Translations under genes and position numbers: made by a program
Notes under the pieces: generated by a model
Told to the model about the DNA's origin: nothing
The model's input: the letters and a program-made list of their open reading frames with translations, nothing else
The model's database searches: none
Virus record (IMG/VR): IMGVR_UViG_3300015050_001523
Span: 64,001-128,000 of that record
Reading direction: 5' to 3' (one strand)
DNA from: a virus
Taxonomy: Duplodnaviria; Caudoviricetes
DNA: 64,000 nt
Part shown: in pieces, positions 37,059-47,030 of the stretch
Layout of the letters: every line of letters starts with the position of its first letter
Numbering within the stretch: the stretch's first letter is position 1

Positions 37059-37566
37059 GTTTAATTAAAAGAGACTCTGCTTCTGCTTGGAATTCTTCTG
37101 TATCATGGTTTTGGAGAATTGCTTGCTCCATCGCATCCTGCCTGCTTATTTCTAGCTTGTTCTCAAGATACAGCGACGAAGCTGCTAAACATAGTGTTTG
37201 GTTGTCAAGATATTTTGTACATGTTACTATCTCCATAATCTTTTTATTGTCATCTAACGACAATGAATAAATTGAAGATTCTGGGTGCAAGGTATCGAGG
37301 CTATAAACTCGATTCATTTTTTCACTGAATTTATCAATTTTTATAAATTTACCTTTTATAAGGAATTCAAATTCTTCATCAATTTCATTTGAATAAGGGC
37401 CGCATTGATTAAAATCAAATTTAATCTCTTTGGCAGGTTCTAGTTTTTGCTGCTTTAAAACATAGATTAAATACTCTAATCGAGAATATTCACTTATGCT
37501 GCTTTGATGATTTAGAATCGATAGAATTACTGAGCGAATGTTAAAAGTATTATTTGATTCTGTCAT
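37021..37566 (-). CDS. YwgA/SocA(Panacea)-like wHTH protein
   Basis: SRLEYLIY.L..F.F...GPYS.EI.EE..L; start moved to MTESN. Confidence 0.6.
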   Translation of the reverse strand: MTESNNTFNIRSVILSILNHQSSISEYSRLEYLIYVLKQQKLEPAKEIKFDFNQCGPYSNEIDEEFEFLIKGKFIKIDKFSEKMNRVYSLDTLHPESSIYSLSLDDNKKIMEIVTCTKYLDNQTLCLAASSLYLENKLEISRQDAMEQAILQNHDTEEFQAEAESLLIKLGFGRKLYVIKN

Positions 37567-37719
37567 TTGATAATTTCCTTTCAGATCTACTTCGCGGATG
37601 CATAAAATCATAAATTTTAAATGATAAAATTTCTCTAAATCCAAATTTATCTTCAGTTTTTAATAGCCATGCCAAACAAATTAAAAATTGTGTTTGTTTC
37701 TTTTCAAAGTCATCTTTGA

Positions 37720-38106
37720 TTATTTTAAAGTAGGACATTTAATATAACATTTAATATTTGAAAGAATGCAATTAAGGGATTTTCTTTTCTTGATTTCTTC
37801 CCAATAATCTTGTTCAGAATATTTTTTCCCATTTAAATAAAAATAATTATTTTTATTTTCGTCGTTTTTTTCCCATTTATAAGCTGGGCCATCTTCTCTA
37901 TGATATTTCCCGTTGACGAAATAAGATTCATCTCCATTATGATATTCAATGGCAGGAAGATTTCCTTCTCGGTGACGTCTTCCATGAACAAACCATTCTT
38001 TGGTTCCATTTAACCTTTCAATGGCAGGACCGTCTTCTCGGTGAAGAAAACCATTAAAATAATAACAATTATTTCCACAACTATCAACATTTAATCCATT
38101 TTTCAT
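37720..38106 (-). CDS. HREDGPA-repeat family protein, copy 11
   Basis: Three repeats, KSLNCILSN. Confidence 0.85.
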   Translation of the reverse strand: MKNGLNVDSCGNNCYYFNGFLHREDGPAIERLNGTKEWFVHGRRHREGNLPAIEYHNGDESYFVNGKYHREDGPAYKWEKNDENKNNYFYLNGKKYSEQDYWEEIKKRKSLNCILSNIKCYIKCPTLK

Positions 38107-38120
38107 ATTTTTATCCTTAA

Positions 38121-38432
38121 TTATTCTATATCCAAATTTGGATATAAATTTAAAGTTTTCTCATACCTAATTTCTAAATTTCCAATTAGGGATGGCGAAG
38201 AGAGAGAATACCATTTATTTCCATTAATGGCCATGATAGAATTAATGGAAACTTTCTCTCCAACATATTCAGAAGCATGATCTAATGCCTCATCCAATTT
38301 TTCAAAATGACATTTTATTGCATTTTTTGAATTCATTTGCTTATTTGCAAGGAACCCATTGAAATAAACTGTATAATATAAAGAATTATTCATTTTAGTT
38401 AAATTGGTTCTGTGCTTATCGATTTGATGCAA
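38121..38432 (-). CDS. hypothetical protein
   Basis: Tiling ORF; start uncertain. Confidence 0.55.
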   Translation of the reverse strand: MHQIDKHRTNLTKMNNSLYYTVYFNGFLANKQMNSKNAIKCHFEKLDEALDHASEYVGEKVSINSIMAINGNKWYSLSSPSLIGNLEIRYEKTLNLYPNLDIE

Positions 38433-38620
38433 GCGAGTATGACACTAGCTGGAACGCCATTTCCGTCCTGCGACCATGTAATGACGTTACCGTCCTCTTT
38501 GGCCCTGCATGAGCGTACATAGTGTGGCTGTTGGCGCTCGGCTTTGGTCTGTCCACTATCAACAGCATAGCCCTTTTCCCTAAATTCCCAATTTGGAGGG
38601 AGAATAATTGCATTATTCAT
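38399..38620 (-). CDS. hypothetical protein (GC-rich)
   Basis: Tiling ORF. Confidence 0.55.
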   Translation of the reverse strand: MNNAIILPPNWEFREKGYAVDSGQTKAERQQPHYVRSCRAKEDGNVITWSQDGNGVPASVILACIKSISTEPI

Positions 38621-38946
38621 TTTTCAACGCTTCGAAATACTCCGCTTCCAAAATTAACAAAGCCAGAGTTTAATGTTTCTTCGTGCAGACTAAGATTTGT
38701 TTCTAAATCCTTAACAGCGTCTTCAATAGAATGTCTTGAACTACCATAAATTTTATGATTTATAGAAGTTCCAAATGGCAGAAAAATACAAATGCTTGTT
38801 TCAACATGCCATTTATATAAAACATGGTATTCTCCGATCTTATCTTGTTTTGGTTCAAGATTAGATTTACAAGAGATAGAAAATGTATGACCTGGATGTT
38901 TGTTTGAAAGGTCATGAATTATATTAACGATGTCATTAGTAATCAT
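38617..38946 (-). CDS. hypothetical protein
   Basis: Tiling ORF. Confidence 0.6.
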   Translation of the reverse strand: MITNDIVNIIHDLSNKHPGHTFSISCKSNLEPKQDKIGEYHVLYKWHVETSICIFLPFGTSINHKIYGSSRHSIEDAVKDLETNLSLHEETLNSGFVNFGSGVFRSVEK

Positions 38947-38986
38947 AATAGGATTCCAGTCTTTATATCATCAAGATACTTTTTTG

Positions 38987-39946
38987 TCAAGGGATTAGGA
39001 AAGCAGGTTCGACATAGTTAGAGGCTTTTTTGCCTTTTTGAATATAAGTCAAAACTGCTGATTCTTTTGCCTTGCACTCGCACATTACCCAGGCACTTGT
39101 TTTATAATCAGTAACTTCTTCATAAATCCAATCTGCATGCGCCCTAGCCATCTGGTCAGGCGATTCATGATTTATTGTGGAAGAAAAATGAAATACAGGA
39201 GCAATATTGTCTGGCCATGTAGATGCCGCCATATTTGCAGCAGCTTTATGATTCATATTGCTTGAACAAAATTTGTGATGATGAACATCAAATACAATTG
39301 GAACATTTATATTCTTATAAACAAGATCATATAGATCTTTTACTGAATATTGAGAAGACTTATCATCATTTTCTATAGTTAGACGTTTTTTTGTATTTTC
39401 ATTTAGATCTTCAAATGATTTACAAAACCTTACAGCAGCTTTATCTTTTCCGTCCTGGGTTGTACTAATATGAATATTGATTTTATTCCAAACAGACGGA
39501 ACAAATCCCATCTCATCAAAAATTTGAGAATGTTGATTGAGTTCTTTTATTGTCTTGGAGATAACATTAGGATTAAGTGATGCCAAAACATTAAAATGGC
39601 CAGGATGAAAGGTTAGCCTTTGATTATATTTAGTTGCCAAATCTCCAACCAATTTCAAATTTTTTGCAATAAGGGACCAATTAGGAAGATCGGTTAGTTC
39701 GTACTCTGACATCCATGGAAATAAATTGGAGGAGATACGAAAAAATTTTATTCCATTTTTTTCATTCCATTCAACAATTTTTGCAAGATCTTTAATATTT
39801 TGCAATGCCAAATTGGATACTTTTTTATTTGAAGTCTTTTGAGCTTCAAAAGTTTTTTTAATCATTCCTCTACTTGTAAAAATTCCTTGTTCTTTTTGAA
39901 GCCTGTCATTGATGCAAGGGTATCCAAGGCGTTTATTTATTTCCAT
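38987..39946 (-). CDS. uvsE: UV DNA damage endonuclease UvsE
   Basis: RLGYPCIN, FFRISSNLFP, RLTFHPGHFNVL, IENDDK, VFDVHHH, AHADWI, ECKAKE. Confidence 0.93.
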   Translation of the reverse strand: MEINKRLGYPCINDRLQKEQGIFTSRGMIKKTFEAQKTSNKKVSNLALQNIKDLAKIVEWNEKNGIKFFRISSNLFPWMSEYELTDLPNWSLIAKNLKLVGDLATKYNQRLTFHPGHFNVLASLNPNVISKTIKELNQHSQIFDEMGFVPSVWNKINIHISTTQDGKDKAAVRFCKSFEDLNENTKKRLTIENDDKSSQYSVKDLYDLVYKNINVPIVFDVHHHKFCSSNMNHKAAANMAASTWPDNIAPVFHFSSTINHESPDQMARAHADWIYEEVTDYKTSAWVMCECKAKESAVLTYIQKGKKASNYVEPAFLIP

Positions 39947-40084
39947 TTAATCTTTCTTTTTTATAAAGCTATCTGGGCTCGAACCAGAAATACAATTTTA
40001 GGAAAATTGTGTGATATCCATTTCACCATAGCTTCATGGTCTCTTTGATTGTAGCATGTAAGTTGCCTCAATGCAACTACTAGA

Positions 40085-40630
40085 TCAATACCAGATTTTA
40101 GTATCTTTTATAATATTTGATTCTAAAGAGCGAAGAAGATTTCTATTATATCCAAGAATTCTATCGATTAAGGTTACCATACGACGATTCGGAAGAATTT
40201 GTTGTTTTACATCTAGCAATTGATTAATTGCCAAATCTGCACTTTCTTGAGAGGGCTCAAGTCTTTGTGCTAAAATTGCTAGAGCAGCGGCAGAACTTCT
40301 AGAAATGCCAGCACCACAATGAACTAAAACATTTACATTATCTTTATTTTCTGAATCGTTAAAAGCTTTATTGACCAATTTTGCGAAATCAATAATTTGA
40401 ACCATATCATTATGTGATGGCAAAATCATGTCTCCACGAATTTTTGTCAAATCATAAAATGATAAAACAAGATGTTCTCCATTATGATTTGATAGATTTG
40501 CAGGAGGATTTTCTCCTGGATCATTTATTGAAATTACATGAGAGATTGAAGAATTTAAACTTGGATTTTCCAATAAAGCATTTGCTTCAAATTTTCCAAG
40601 AATTCTAATATTTGGATGGTTATTGTTCAT
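40085..40630 (-). CDS. CX5R protein tyrosine/dual-specificity phosphatase
   Basis: HVISI.DP, VLVHCGAGISRS, PNRRMV. Confidence 0.88.
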   Translation of the reverse strand: MNNNHPNIRILGKFEANALLENPSLNSSISHVISINDPGENPPANLSNHNGEHLVLSFYDLTKIRGDMILPSHNDMVQIIDFAKLVNKAFNDSENKDNVNVLVHCGAGISRSSAAALAILAQRLEPSQESADLAINQLLDVKQQILPNRRMVTLIDRILGYNRNLLRSLESNIIKDTKIWY

Positions 40631-41027
40631 AGTTTATCCCAAATTTCTTTTTCATATTCGAAAGAATATAATTCAGAGATTTTCTCCTTTTAATTTCTTT
40701 CCAATAATTTTGTTCAGAAAATTCTATTCCATCTAAATAATAAAATTTTGTTCCATTTACATATTCAGAAGCAGGTCCATCTTCTCGATGAGCCTTTCCG
40801 TGAATATAGTAAAATTTGTCTCCATTAGAAAACTCAACAGCAGGAAGATTTCCATCTCGATGCATTTCTCCATTAATGCACCAATATTTGGTTCCACTTA
40901 GATATTCAATTGCTGGGCCGTCTTCTCGATGAAACCTGTCATTTAAATAATATTTAATTGAAACATCATCAACAATTTTGCCATTTTTTGGTTTTGATTT
41001 ATTGTTTTCCATAACTGTATCATCCAT
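40620..41027 (-). CDS. HREDGPA-repeat family protein, copy 12
   Basis: Three repeats, KSLNYILSN. Confidence 0.85.
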   Translation of the reverse strand: MDDTVMENNKSKPKNGKIVDDVSIKYYLNDRFHREDGPAIEYLSGTKYWCINGEMHRDGNLPAVEFSNGDKFYYIHGKAHREDGPASEYVNGTKFYYLDGIEFSEQNYWKEIKRRKSLNYILSNMKKKFGINYEQ

Positions 41028-41421
41028 AAGATGTAAGAAGCAATAACTTTCCTGGTTGCGGTTTTACCCCAAAGAATTTAGCAATTTCTCGAAGCTTTTC
41101 ATCAGCATTGTCAGGGATGGAAAGGTCTCCAATCTCTTGAGCAGCATCCCAGCTACCCGAGACAAACTTAAAGCCAAAAGCATAGCTCGGATCTCCATCA
41201 TATGGCACTCCCCACAAGATGAGCTGCCCGGCTTCTCGCAATGCCGCATTTTCTGCTTTGAAATTGTAATCCTTTGGATTTATTCCGACCGCTTCGTAAA
41301 CCATGGCATTCCATGCCTCGCTAAGCTTATCGAAATGTTCAGATTGGTCATCTTCGTCGCTTTCCCAATCGAATGTATATACAAAACCATAAATAATGTC
41401 AGATTGTGGGCTTTGTCCCAT
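41020..41421 (-). CDS. hypothetical protein
   Basis: Tiling ORF, GC-richer. Confidence 0.65.
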   Translation of the reverse strand: MGQSPQSDIIYGFVYTFDWESDEDDQSEHFDKLSEAWNAMVYEAVGINPKDYNFKAENAALREAGQLILWGVPYDGDPSYAFGFKFVSGSWDAAQEIGDLSIPDNADEKLREIAKFFGVKPQPGKLLLLTSYG

Positions 41422-41423
41422 AT

Positions 41424-41693
41424 TTAATCTTCTCCAAATTTTTCTAATGTATTATTTTTTAAGTAAATTTCTTTATAATTGGAAATTGCTTCATTTAAAG
41501 AAATATTTTCTTTTTTGTTCTCTAAGAGATGTGAAGCGGCAGCACAAGCATTTTGCAAATCTCGCGCATGCAATTTATCATGAGTTGATACGCTCCATAC
41601 ATATTTAACATTATTTCTAAATCCACTGGAGTTATCATAATATTCTCTGGCAGTTAGGTTTGGATATTCATCAATATTTTCAATGCGAATCAT
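41424..41693 (-). CDS. hypothetical protein
   Basis: Tiling ORF. Confidence 0.6.
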   Translation of the reverse strand: MIRIENIDEYPNLTAREYYDNSSGFRNNVKYVWSVSTHDKLHARDLQNACAAASHLLENKKENISLNEAISNYKEIYLKNNTLEKFGED

Positions 41694-41701
41694 AATTTTC
41701 C

Positions 41702-42046
41702 TTATTTTTTTCTGATATCTTCAAGATTAGCTCCTCCATTGCAAAATTTTCGATAAAGTTGCCAATCAATCATTGGCAAAAAATCTTCACAAAGAAGACG
41801 ATTTGTAAGCTCTCCTCCAAGCTTCTCAATCATCAAATTTTTAACATCTTCTGGTAACTCATGCAAAGGATTATTTTTATTTCCATTTGTAAAATGGGTC
41901 CTAATTCTAATTGGTTTGACATCGCTTTCCCAATTAGAACCAAGTGGAGTTAGGTTTACTTCCACAAACAAACTGTTTGAAGGGATATGAAATCCTTTAT
42001 TTAGAAGTCTTGACCAAGTACCCCAATAATCACTCTTGATGAACAT
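41702..42046 (-). CDS. hypothetical protein (leaderless)
   Basis: ATG 7 nt after TTGCCA-17-TATTCT (42053-42081). Confidence 0.7.
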   Translation of the reverse strand: MFIKSDYWGTWSRLLNKGFHIPSNSLFVEVNLTPLGSNWESDVKPIRIRTHFTNGNKNNPLHELPEDVKNLMIEKLGGELTNRLLCEDFLPMIDWQLYRKFCNGGANLEDIRKK

Positions 42047-42095
42047 GCTTGAAGAATAGCACGTCTTTCAAGGTGTGGCAAGAAATTTTAAGTAT

Positions 42096-42719
42096 TCAAA
42101 AAAAGCGAACCTCTTCCAATAATTCAATTTCTGGTTTTGACTGATTTAAAATTTCTTCTTTCAGAAGAAAAGGAATCATACATTTTGCAGGAACAGAAAA
42201 TATTTGGTCTTGAACAAGTACGCTGTATACAATCCCCAAACAAGAAACAAGCTTATTCTCTTCTTTTTTAATGACCCTCCCAATTAAAGGCTCTTTAAAA
42301 ACTGTCCAACCATACATGGTTTTTGGGTCATGTGATTCAAAAACTATTACTTCTTCATTTGAGTCAAATATAAAGGAATAATTTGATTGCATTCCTTTGT
42401 ATTCTATTTTATTATTATTTCCAAAAAAATGTTCAATTTCAGAAGTTTTTGGATCTGGCAAACTTGAAATTGGTCCTTTAAAAAATCTTTTTGGCCCAAT
42501 ATATTCTTCAATAATGTGCTCGATTCCTAGAGCATTTTTTTCCATATCATGGAGATAATGTGGTCTAAAGTTGCACCAATGAACTTTCAATCCAGGCTTG
42601 AAAAGAATATAATCATATAGCCTTATTTTTTGATTTGTCATTAGATATTCGTTGGTCGCATTTTTGCGATATATTCTTTGCATCCATGATTTTGCATAAA
42701 AAATGCCTTTCCTGCACAA
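42096..42719 (-). CDS. hypothetical protein (true start likely ~42641)
   Basis: Tiling ORF. Confidence 0.6.
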   Translation of the reverse strand: MCRKGIFYAKSWMQRIYRKNATNEYLMTNQKIRLYDYILFKPGLKVHWCNFRPHYLHDMEKNALGIEHIIEEYIGPKRFFKGPISSLPDPKTSEIEHFFGNNNKIEYKGMQSNYSFIFDSNEEVIVFESHDPKTMYGWTVFKEPLIGRVIKKEENKLVSCLGIVYSVLVQDQIFSVPAKCMIPFLLKEEILNQSKPEIELLEEVRFF

Positions 42720-42955
42720 TCAAGAGTTACAGGGTTTCCATTGACAAGAAATGAACATGCTAAATATCCATCATAGTCCGTATCATGTTTCATGCATGAA
42801 ACAAACTTAACATCGGCACCAGCAGCGCTAGCTTCTTTGGCATAAAATTTGGCTTCTTTTTCGGCTTGCTGCTGATTGGCACCGGTCCAATTGAAACAAC
42901 CAGATAAAAAAGTAAGCAAAACAATTGAAGGAATGAATTTTTTAATGCTTTTCAT
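42641..42955 (-). CDS. putative lipoprotein
   Basis: Signal peptide with FLSGC lipobox; Cys-rich tail. Confidence 0.7.
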   Translation of the reverse strand: MKSIKKFIPSIVLLTFLSGCFNWTGANQQQAEKEAKFYAKEASAAGADVKFVSCMKHDTDYDGYLACSFLVNGNPVTLDCAGKAFFMQNHGCKEYIAKMRPTNI

Positions 42956-42975
42956 ATAAGTTCTCTTTTCTAAAA

Positions 42976-43329
42976 TTAATCTACTTCGTCAGAACCATCT
43001 CCAAAACAAGTAATATAATCTAATTTTGATTTCCATAAAATTGTTAGCAAGAAAGCAGCAGCTTCTTTGGTGGATTTAAAGTTTGTTGGATTTCCTGAAG
43101 GTTCAGAGCCCATAAGCCCTGCCGAATAATCTGAAATGTCTTCTCCACGATCAATTGAAATATTGTTAGATGATTCATCAATCCAAACAAAAAATCCGCC
43201 TCTGTCATAACCGCTGCTATAAAATAACATTTCTTCAACTTCGACTTCATTATTATGAAATCCCATCGAGAATGAAAGATGTTTGAATTCGTTTGCAAAG
43301 TTTTTTAAAGTATTCATTTTAGTTACCAT
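42976..43329 (-). CDS. hypothetical protein
   Basis: Tiling ORF. Confidence 0.6.
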   Translation of the reverse strand: MVTKMNTLKNFANEFKHLSFSMGFHNNEVEVEEMLFYSSGYDRGGFFVWIDESSNNISIDRGEDISDYSAGLMGSEPSGNPTNFKSTKEAAAFLLTILWKSKLDYITCFGDGSDEVD

Positions 43330-43846
43330 AACGGCTTTTGGTCAATTTGGTAATTTCGAGGATGCTGAAACCAGTATTTATAATTTCGCTAATCGAAACT
43401 TTATTCTTATAAAGCTCGATCATTTTTCCAACCTTTGTTGCGCTTAGAAACTCATTCAAGGTTACATCTTCCTTCCGCTCAGTATAGGACACATTCCATC
43501 GAATGCATGTTATACAAACAGCCCAAAGATGCTGACTTTGCTCGGGAGTAAAAGAAATTTCATTATCATTCAAAAACAAAATGAAATTGGCAATATCTTC
43601 ATATCCTCGAAAATCAAAAGAAATATGATTGACATGATCTTCTTCATTTCGAATCATTGCCATGAAGTCTGAATAAGTTGAACGCTTTGGAGCGTTAACC
43701 CTGCCATTGCTTGGATTTGTTGTTTGAGTTACGAATCGATATCCTTTTCCTGGTTTGAATTCAAGATTAAATGTAATCTTGCATCGAAGCCTTCCATAAG
43801 GATAATCATTGCTAACTTGCTCGCCAGTCAAAATTTCGTACTTCAT
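43319..43846 (-). CDS. hypothetical phage protein
   Basis: V.NDYPYGRLRC..E.K..KG.R...T.NP..G..N.PK.STY. Confidence 0.7.
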   Translation of the reverse strand: MKYEILTGEQVSNDYPYGRLRCKITFNLEFKPGKGYRFVTQTTNPSNGRVNAPKRSTYSDFMAMIRNEEDHVNHISFDFRGYEDIANFILFLNDNEISFTPEQSQHLWAVCITCIRWNVSYTERKEDVTLNEFLSATKVGKMIELYKNKVSISEIINTGFSILEITKLTKSRYGN

Positions 43847-43872
43847 TATGTGATTTCCTTTTTGTTTTAGTT

Positions 43873-44115
43873 TTACTTCAATTCAGCTTGACCAAGTTCA
43901 TAGGTAATAATATATTGGTATCTGCAACCGAACCATTTATATTCAGTTCTTACTGGCTGAGCACACATAACAAACATGAATTGTTTAACGGCTAAACATA
44001 AACGCTGAACAAACTTGAATCGAGAGTTATGCGCATATTTTTCGGCGACTTCGGCTTCAACGCGAGCAAAGGCAAGAGAATTCATGATTCGTCGAAATTT
44101 GTTTGTAATACGCAT
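43873..44115 (-). CDS. hypothetical protein
   Basis: Tiling ORF. Confidence 0.55.
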   Translation of the reverse strand: MRITNKFRRIMNSLAFARVEAEVAEKYAHNSRFKFVQRLCLAVKQFMFVMCAQPVRTEYKWFGCRYQYIITYELGQAELK

Positions 44116-44388
44116 TTAACTACTATTTTTAGTATTGTTTTGTATATGCTCAGCTGCGACTGCAAAAGCTTTAGCTCTTCCCGCATGATATTGTGCAGAA
44201 TCTAAATGCTCATTATCTCGATAAGAAGAAGCTAGTATAAGATCCATTTTTTCAAGAGCATTAAGTTCTTTATGAATTGAATCAATTATACTTTTCACTT
44301 TTTCTAGAGCATCAACCATATCTTCATCAGGTGTGGTTGGCGCAAAGATTGCTGATTCAAGTTCTTTAAGGGATTCTTGTAGATTCAT
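44116..44388 (-). CDS. hypothetical helical protein
   Basis: Start at MNLQES after GGAG SD and promoter TTGACA-16-TATTCT (44410-44437). Confidence 0.65.
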   Translation of the reverse strand: MNLQESLKELESAIFAPTTPDEDMVDALEKVKSIIDSIHKELNALEKMDLILASSYRDNEHLDSAQYHAGRAKAFAVAAEHIQNNTKNSS

Positions 44389-44433
44389 GTTTGAAGCTCC
44401 AATGATGGTAGAATAGCACACGAAAAAAAGATG

Positions 44434-44736
44434 TCAATATGGCCGAGGAGGAAAAAGAAATGGGAGAAAAGGCTTAATTTGTTTTTGCAAATTTTGCATT
44501 TGCTTAATCTTATCTTTTTTTTCTTTTTCCAAGTAATCAACATAACAAGACGGACAAAACCATTTAGGAGGTTTATTTTTTGATTGATAATTTATTGATT
44601 GAGTTCCCCAACCAATTGATACTGCATCTTTTCCACGAGAAGGTCCAATTGTCTTGCATGTTTCACAAGTGGCTTTATTATTTGATTTCGCTTGTCCCAT
44701 TATTTTCCAAATCTTTTTTTGTCCAATTTTCACCAT
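44434..44736 (-). CDS. putative zinc-binding protein
   Basis: CETC ... WFCPSC. Confidence 0.6.
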   Translation of the reverse strand: MVKIGQKKIWKIMGQAKSNNKATCETCKTIGPSRGKDAVSIGWGTQSINYQSKNKPPKWFCPSCYVDYLEKEKKDKIKQMQNLQKQIKPFLPFLFPPRPY

Positions 44737-44844
44737 AGGAAGAAAGTGGCAAACAGAATTTTACACGCCAACAGGCTAACACACAAGCATGATGGCATTT
44801 TCCATCGTCAGGACATTTTATAATGCATTTTTGTTGTTCATTGT

Positions 44845-45402
44845 TCATAGCCGACCACCTATTTCGGCAATCTGATTGTCATTATAATATTCTTCGTCAT
44901 AATTGTCATTATAAAACATTTCATTATGATTGAATGGTGGTTTTGCCCATTTTGAAATAATATCTTTTGAAAAAAGAAAGAGTTCTTTTTGAATGTTTGG
45001 AGATAGACCACCCGCCATTAAACAAACTTCATTATAAATTTTAGAAGATTGATAATATTGGTTCTCATTATCAATATCTGTTTCAAATTTGTAATTATAA
45101 AATATAAAATTTGTTATACTGATAAAATCTAAATCTTGATTTAGCATATTGTAAAGTGAAATTTCATACATTAATGCATTTTTCTCTGATTGATTTCTTT
45201 CTTTTAACGATAAAGAACTATAAAATTTATCCATTTCCAATAGATTTAGCATAAAATCATGTTTTGATTCAAATTTATTTTTGATATCAAAACAGTGGCC
45301 TAGATCATGGATAATGAATCTTGAACCAGGTCGACCTTCGATCTTTTTTTCTAGTTTTTGAATATTGTTTAGAAATTCTTCTTTTTCAGATAAAGAAATC
45401 AT
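44845..45402 (-). CDS. paralog of 31888..32346 (HDLGH, degenerate HExxH)
   Basis: Shared motifs. Confidence 0.65.
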   Translation of the reverse strand: MISLSEKEEFLNNIQKLEKKIEGRPGSRFIIHDLGHCFDIKNKFESKHDFMLNLLEMDKFYSSLSLKERNQSEKNALMYEISLYNMLNQDLDFISITNFIFYNYKFETDIDNENQYYQSSKIYNEVCLMAGGLSPNIQKELFLFSKDIISKWAKPPFNHNEMFYNDNYDEEYYNDNQIAEIGGRL

Positions 45403-45812
45403 TTACTTATCCTTTCATTTAAGGATTGAGGATCAAATTTTTTTTCATAATTTTCAAAGTCTACAAAATCTTCACGCACAAGAGGAGAACGATACACGCC
45501 TTCTCTGAGCTTGATTTGGCTGGAGAAGTCAGATGTCCATCCTTCAGGAAAAGACGCCTCTACAGCCTCCACAGAAGCTCCTGATGCATATTCTACATAT
45601 GGACCAACGGCCGATTCAAGAACAACAGAAATTTCTTGGCAAACAAATGGTTTTATTTTTTGACAAATCTGTGGCCCTCCATAAGAATAGCCAAAACATA
45701 AATCTGTAATCATCCATGGATATCTTTGGCTATCTTTAATTTCCCACCAAATACTTCCTATCTTTGCATTTTTAGATGAATCTGGGAGTTTTACAATTTT
45801 ATGATTTTTCAT
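45399..45812 (-). CDS. hypothetical protein
   Basis: Tiling ORF. Confidence 0.55.
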   Translation of the reverse strand: MKNHKIVKLPDSSKNAKIGSIWWEIKDSQRYPWMITDLCFGYSYGGPQICQKIKPFVCQEISVVLESAVGPYVEYASGASVEAVEASFPEGWTSDFSSQIKLREGVYRSPLVREDFVDFENYEKKFDPQSLNERISK

Positions 45813-45824
45813 CTTAAATCTTAT

Positions 45825-46232
45825 TTAGGTTTGAAGTTTTAATGGTCCAATTCGAGCCATAAGATCAGGAAAGAATTCTAGGGCCAATGACCACATCATT
45901 TCGAAATCGAGCGTTCCTTGGACAATGAAGTTTCCGTTAGAGTTTGGGCGAGGATCTCCGCTTCGATCCCAAAACGAAAGCATTGTCCAACCATTTTTAT
46001 GATGGAGACAAGCCACGCCAAGAGGTTGGGAATCTCCCGGAATTCCTTGTGGTTGCATCTTTCCGTCGATTTCCCACCCCCACGGAATCTGTGGTTTGTT
46101 GATGAAAGTCATCCCTCGAAGCTCGGGCTCTCTCCCTGACATTCCTGGCTTGGGCGTCGGCATTGTCATACATGAGGTATAGAAATGATGACCGGGAGAA
46201 TCTCCCTTTCCATAAAAATAGATATTTAGCAT
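45825..46232 (-). CDS. hypothetical protein
   Basis: YFYG..D.PGHHF ... GWT.LSFWDRSGD.RPNSN. Confidence 0.7.
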   Translation of the reverse strand: MLNIYFYGKGDSPGHHFYTSCMTMPTPKPGMSGREPELRGMTFINKPQIPWGWEIDGKMQPQGIPGDSQPLGVACLHHKNGWTMLSFWDRSGDPRPNSNGNFIVQGTLDFEMMWSLALEFFPDLMARIGPLKLQT

Positions 46233-46242
46233 AGAATTTTCT

Positions 46243-46698
46243 TTAAAATTTATTTAGGATTTGAATGGCGAACCAACATAAAAATCCAATAAATGATGCG
46301 CTCAAGAGAAATCCGCAAAACCACATAAAATAAATCATTTTTTCCATTTTATTTTTTCCTTTTAATTGTTTTTTAACTTTCAAATTTTTACAATAATCTT
46401 CTTTTGAAAAGAAGCGTTTCCCATTTAAAAAATACCATTTGTCTCCATTGGAATGTTCAATTGCAGGGCTGTTTTCCCGATGAAGAAGATCATTTATATA
46501 CCAAGATTTAGTTCCGTCAGAATATTCAACAGCAGGACCATCTTCTCGATGGCGTTTTCCATTGATATACCAAACTTTGGTTCCTTTTGGATTCTCCCAT
46601 GCAGGACCATCTTCTCTATGAAGAATATCATTTACAAAATAAACCCTGATCCCATCTTTTGGGTCAATAAATAATCCATTTTTCATATTTTTCATCAT
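46243..46698 (-). CDS. HREDGPA-repeat family protein, copy 13 (C-terminal TM instead of KSLN motif)
   Basis: Three repeats, hydrophobic tail. Confidence 0.8.
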   Translation of the reverse strand: MMKNMKNGLFIDPKDGIRVYFVNDILHREDGPAWENPKGTKVWYINGKRHREDGPAVEYSDGTKSWYINDLLHRENSPAIEHSNGDKWYFLNGKRFFSKEDYCKNLKVKKQLKGKNKMEKMIYFMWFCGFLLSASFIGFLCWFAIQILNKF

Positions 46699-47024
46699 CG
46701 GTCGAAATATCCATTATTTTCTGACTTTGTATCAGAAAAAGTATAAGTCATTTCAATATATTTAATTTCGCCTCGCTGATCAGCCACATGTTCTTTTGTA
46801 GTTCCATATGAAATAAACCATCCAGCAGCACGAAAACGATCAAGAGCGGCTTCGATTGTAATGTTTGGATATTTGTCTGGATGATTTGAAATTTTTACTT
46901 CAAAAGGAATCGAAACCGCTCGATTAATTTGATCGTTAATTATTTTTGACAATTTAATTGAAAGCTCTGAGCTTTCGGCTGTAAGTTTGTTGCGTATTTG
47001 TTTTGGTGTTGTAATATTTGTCAT
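46695..47024 (-). CDS. hypothetical protein
   Basis: Tiling ORF. Confidence 0.65.
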   Translation of the reverse strand: MTNITTPKQIRNKLTAESSELSIKLSKIINDQINRAVSIPFEVKISNHPDKYPNITIEAALDRFRAAGWFISYGTTKEHVADQRGEIKYIEMTYTFSDTKSENNGYFDR

Positions 47025-47030
47025 AATTTT

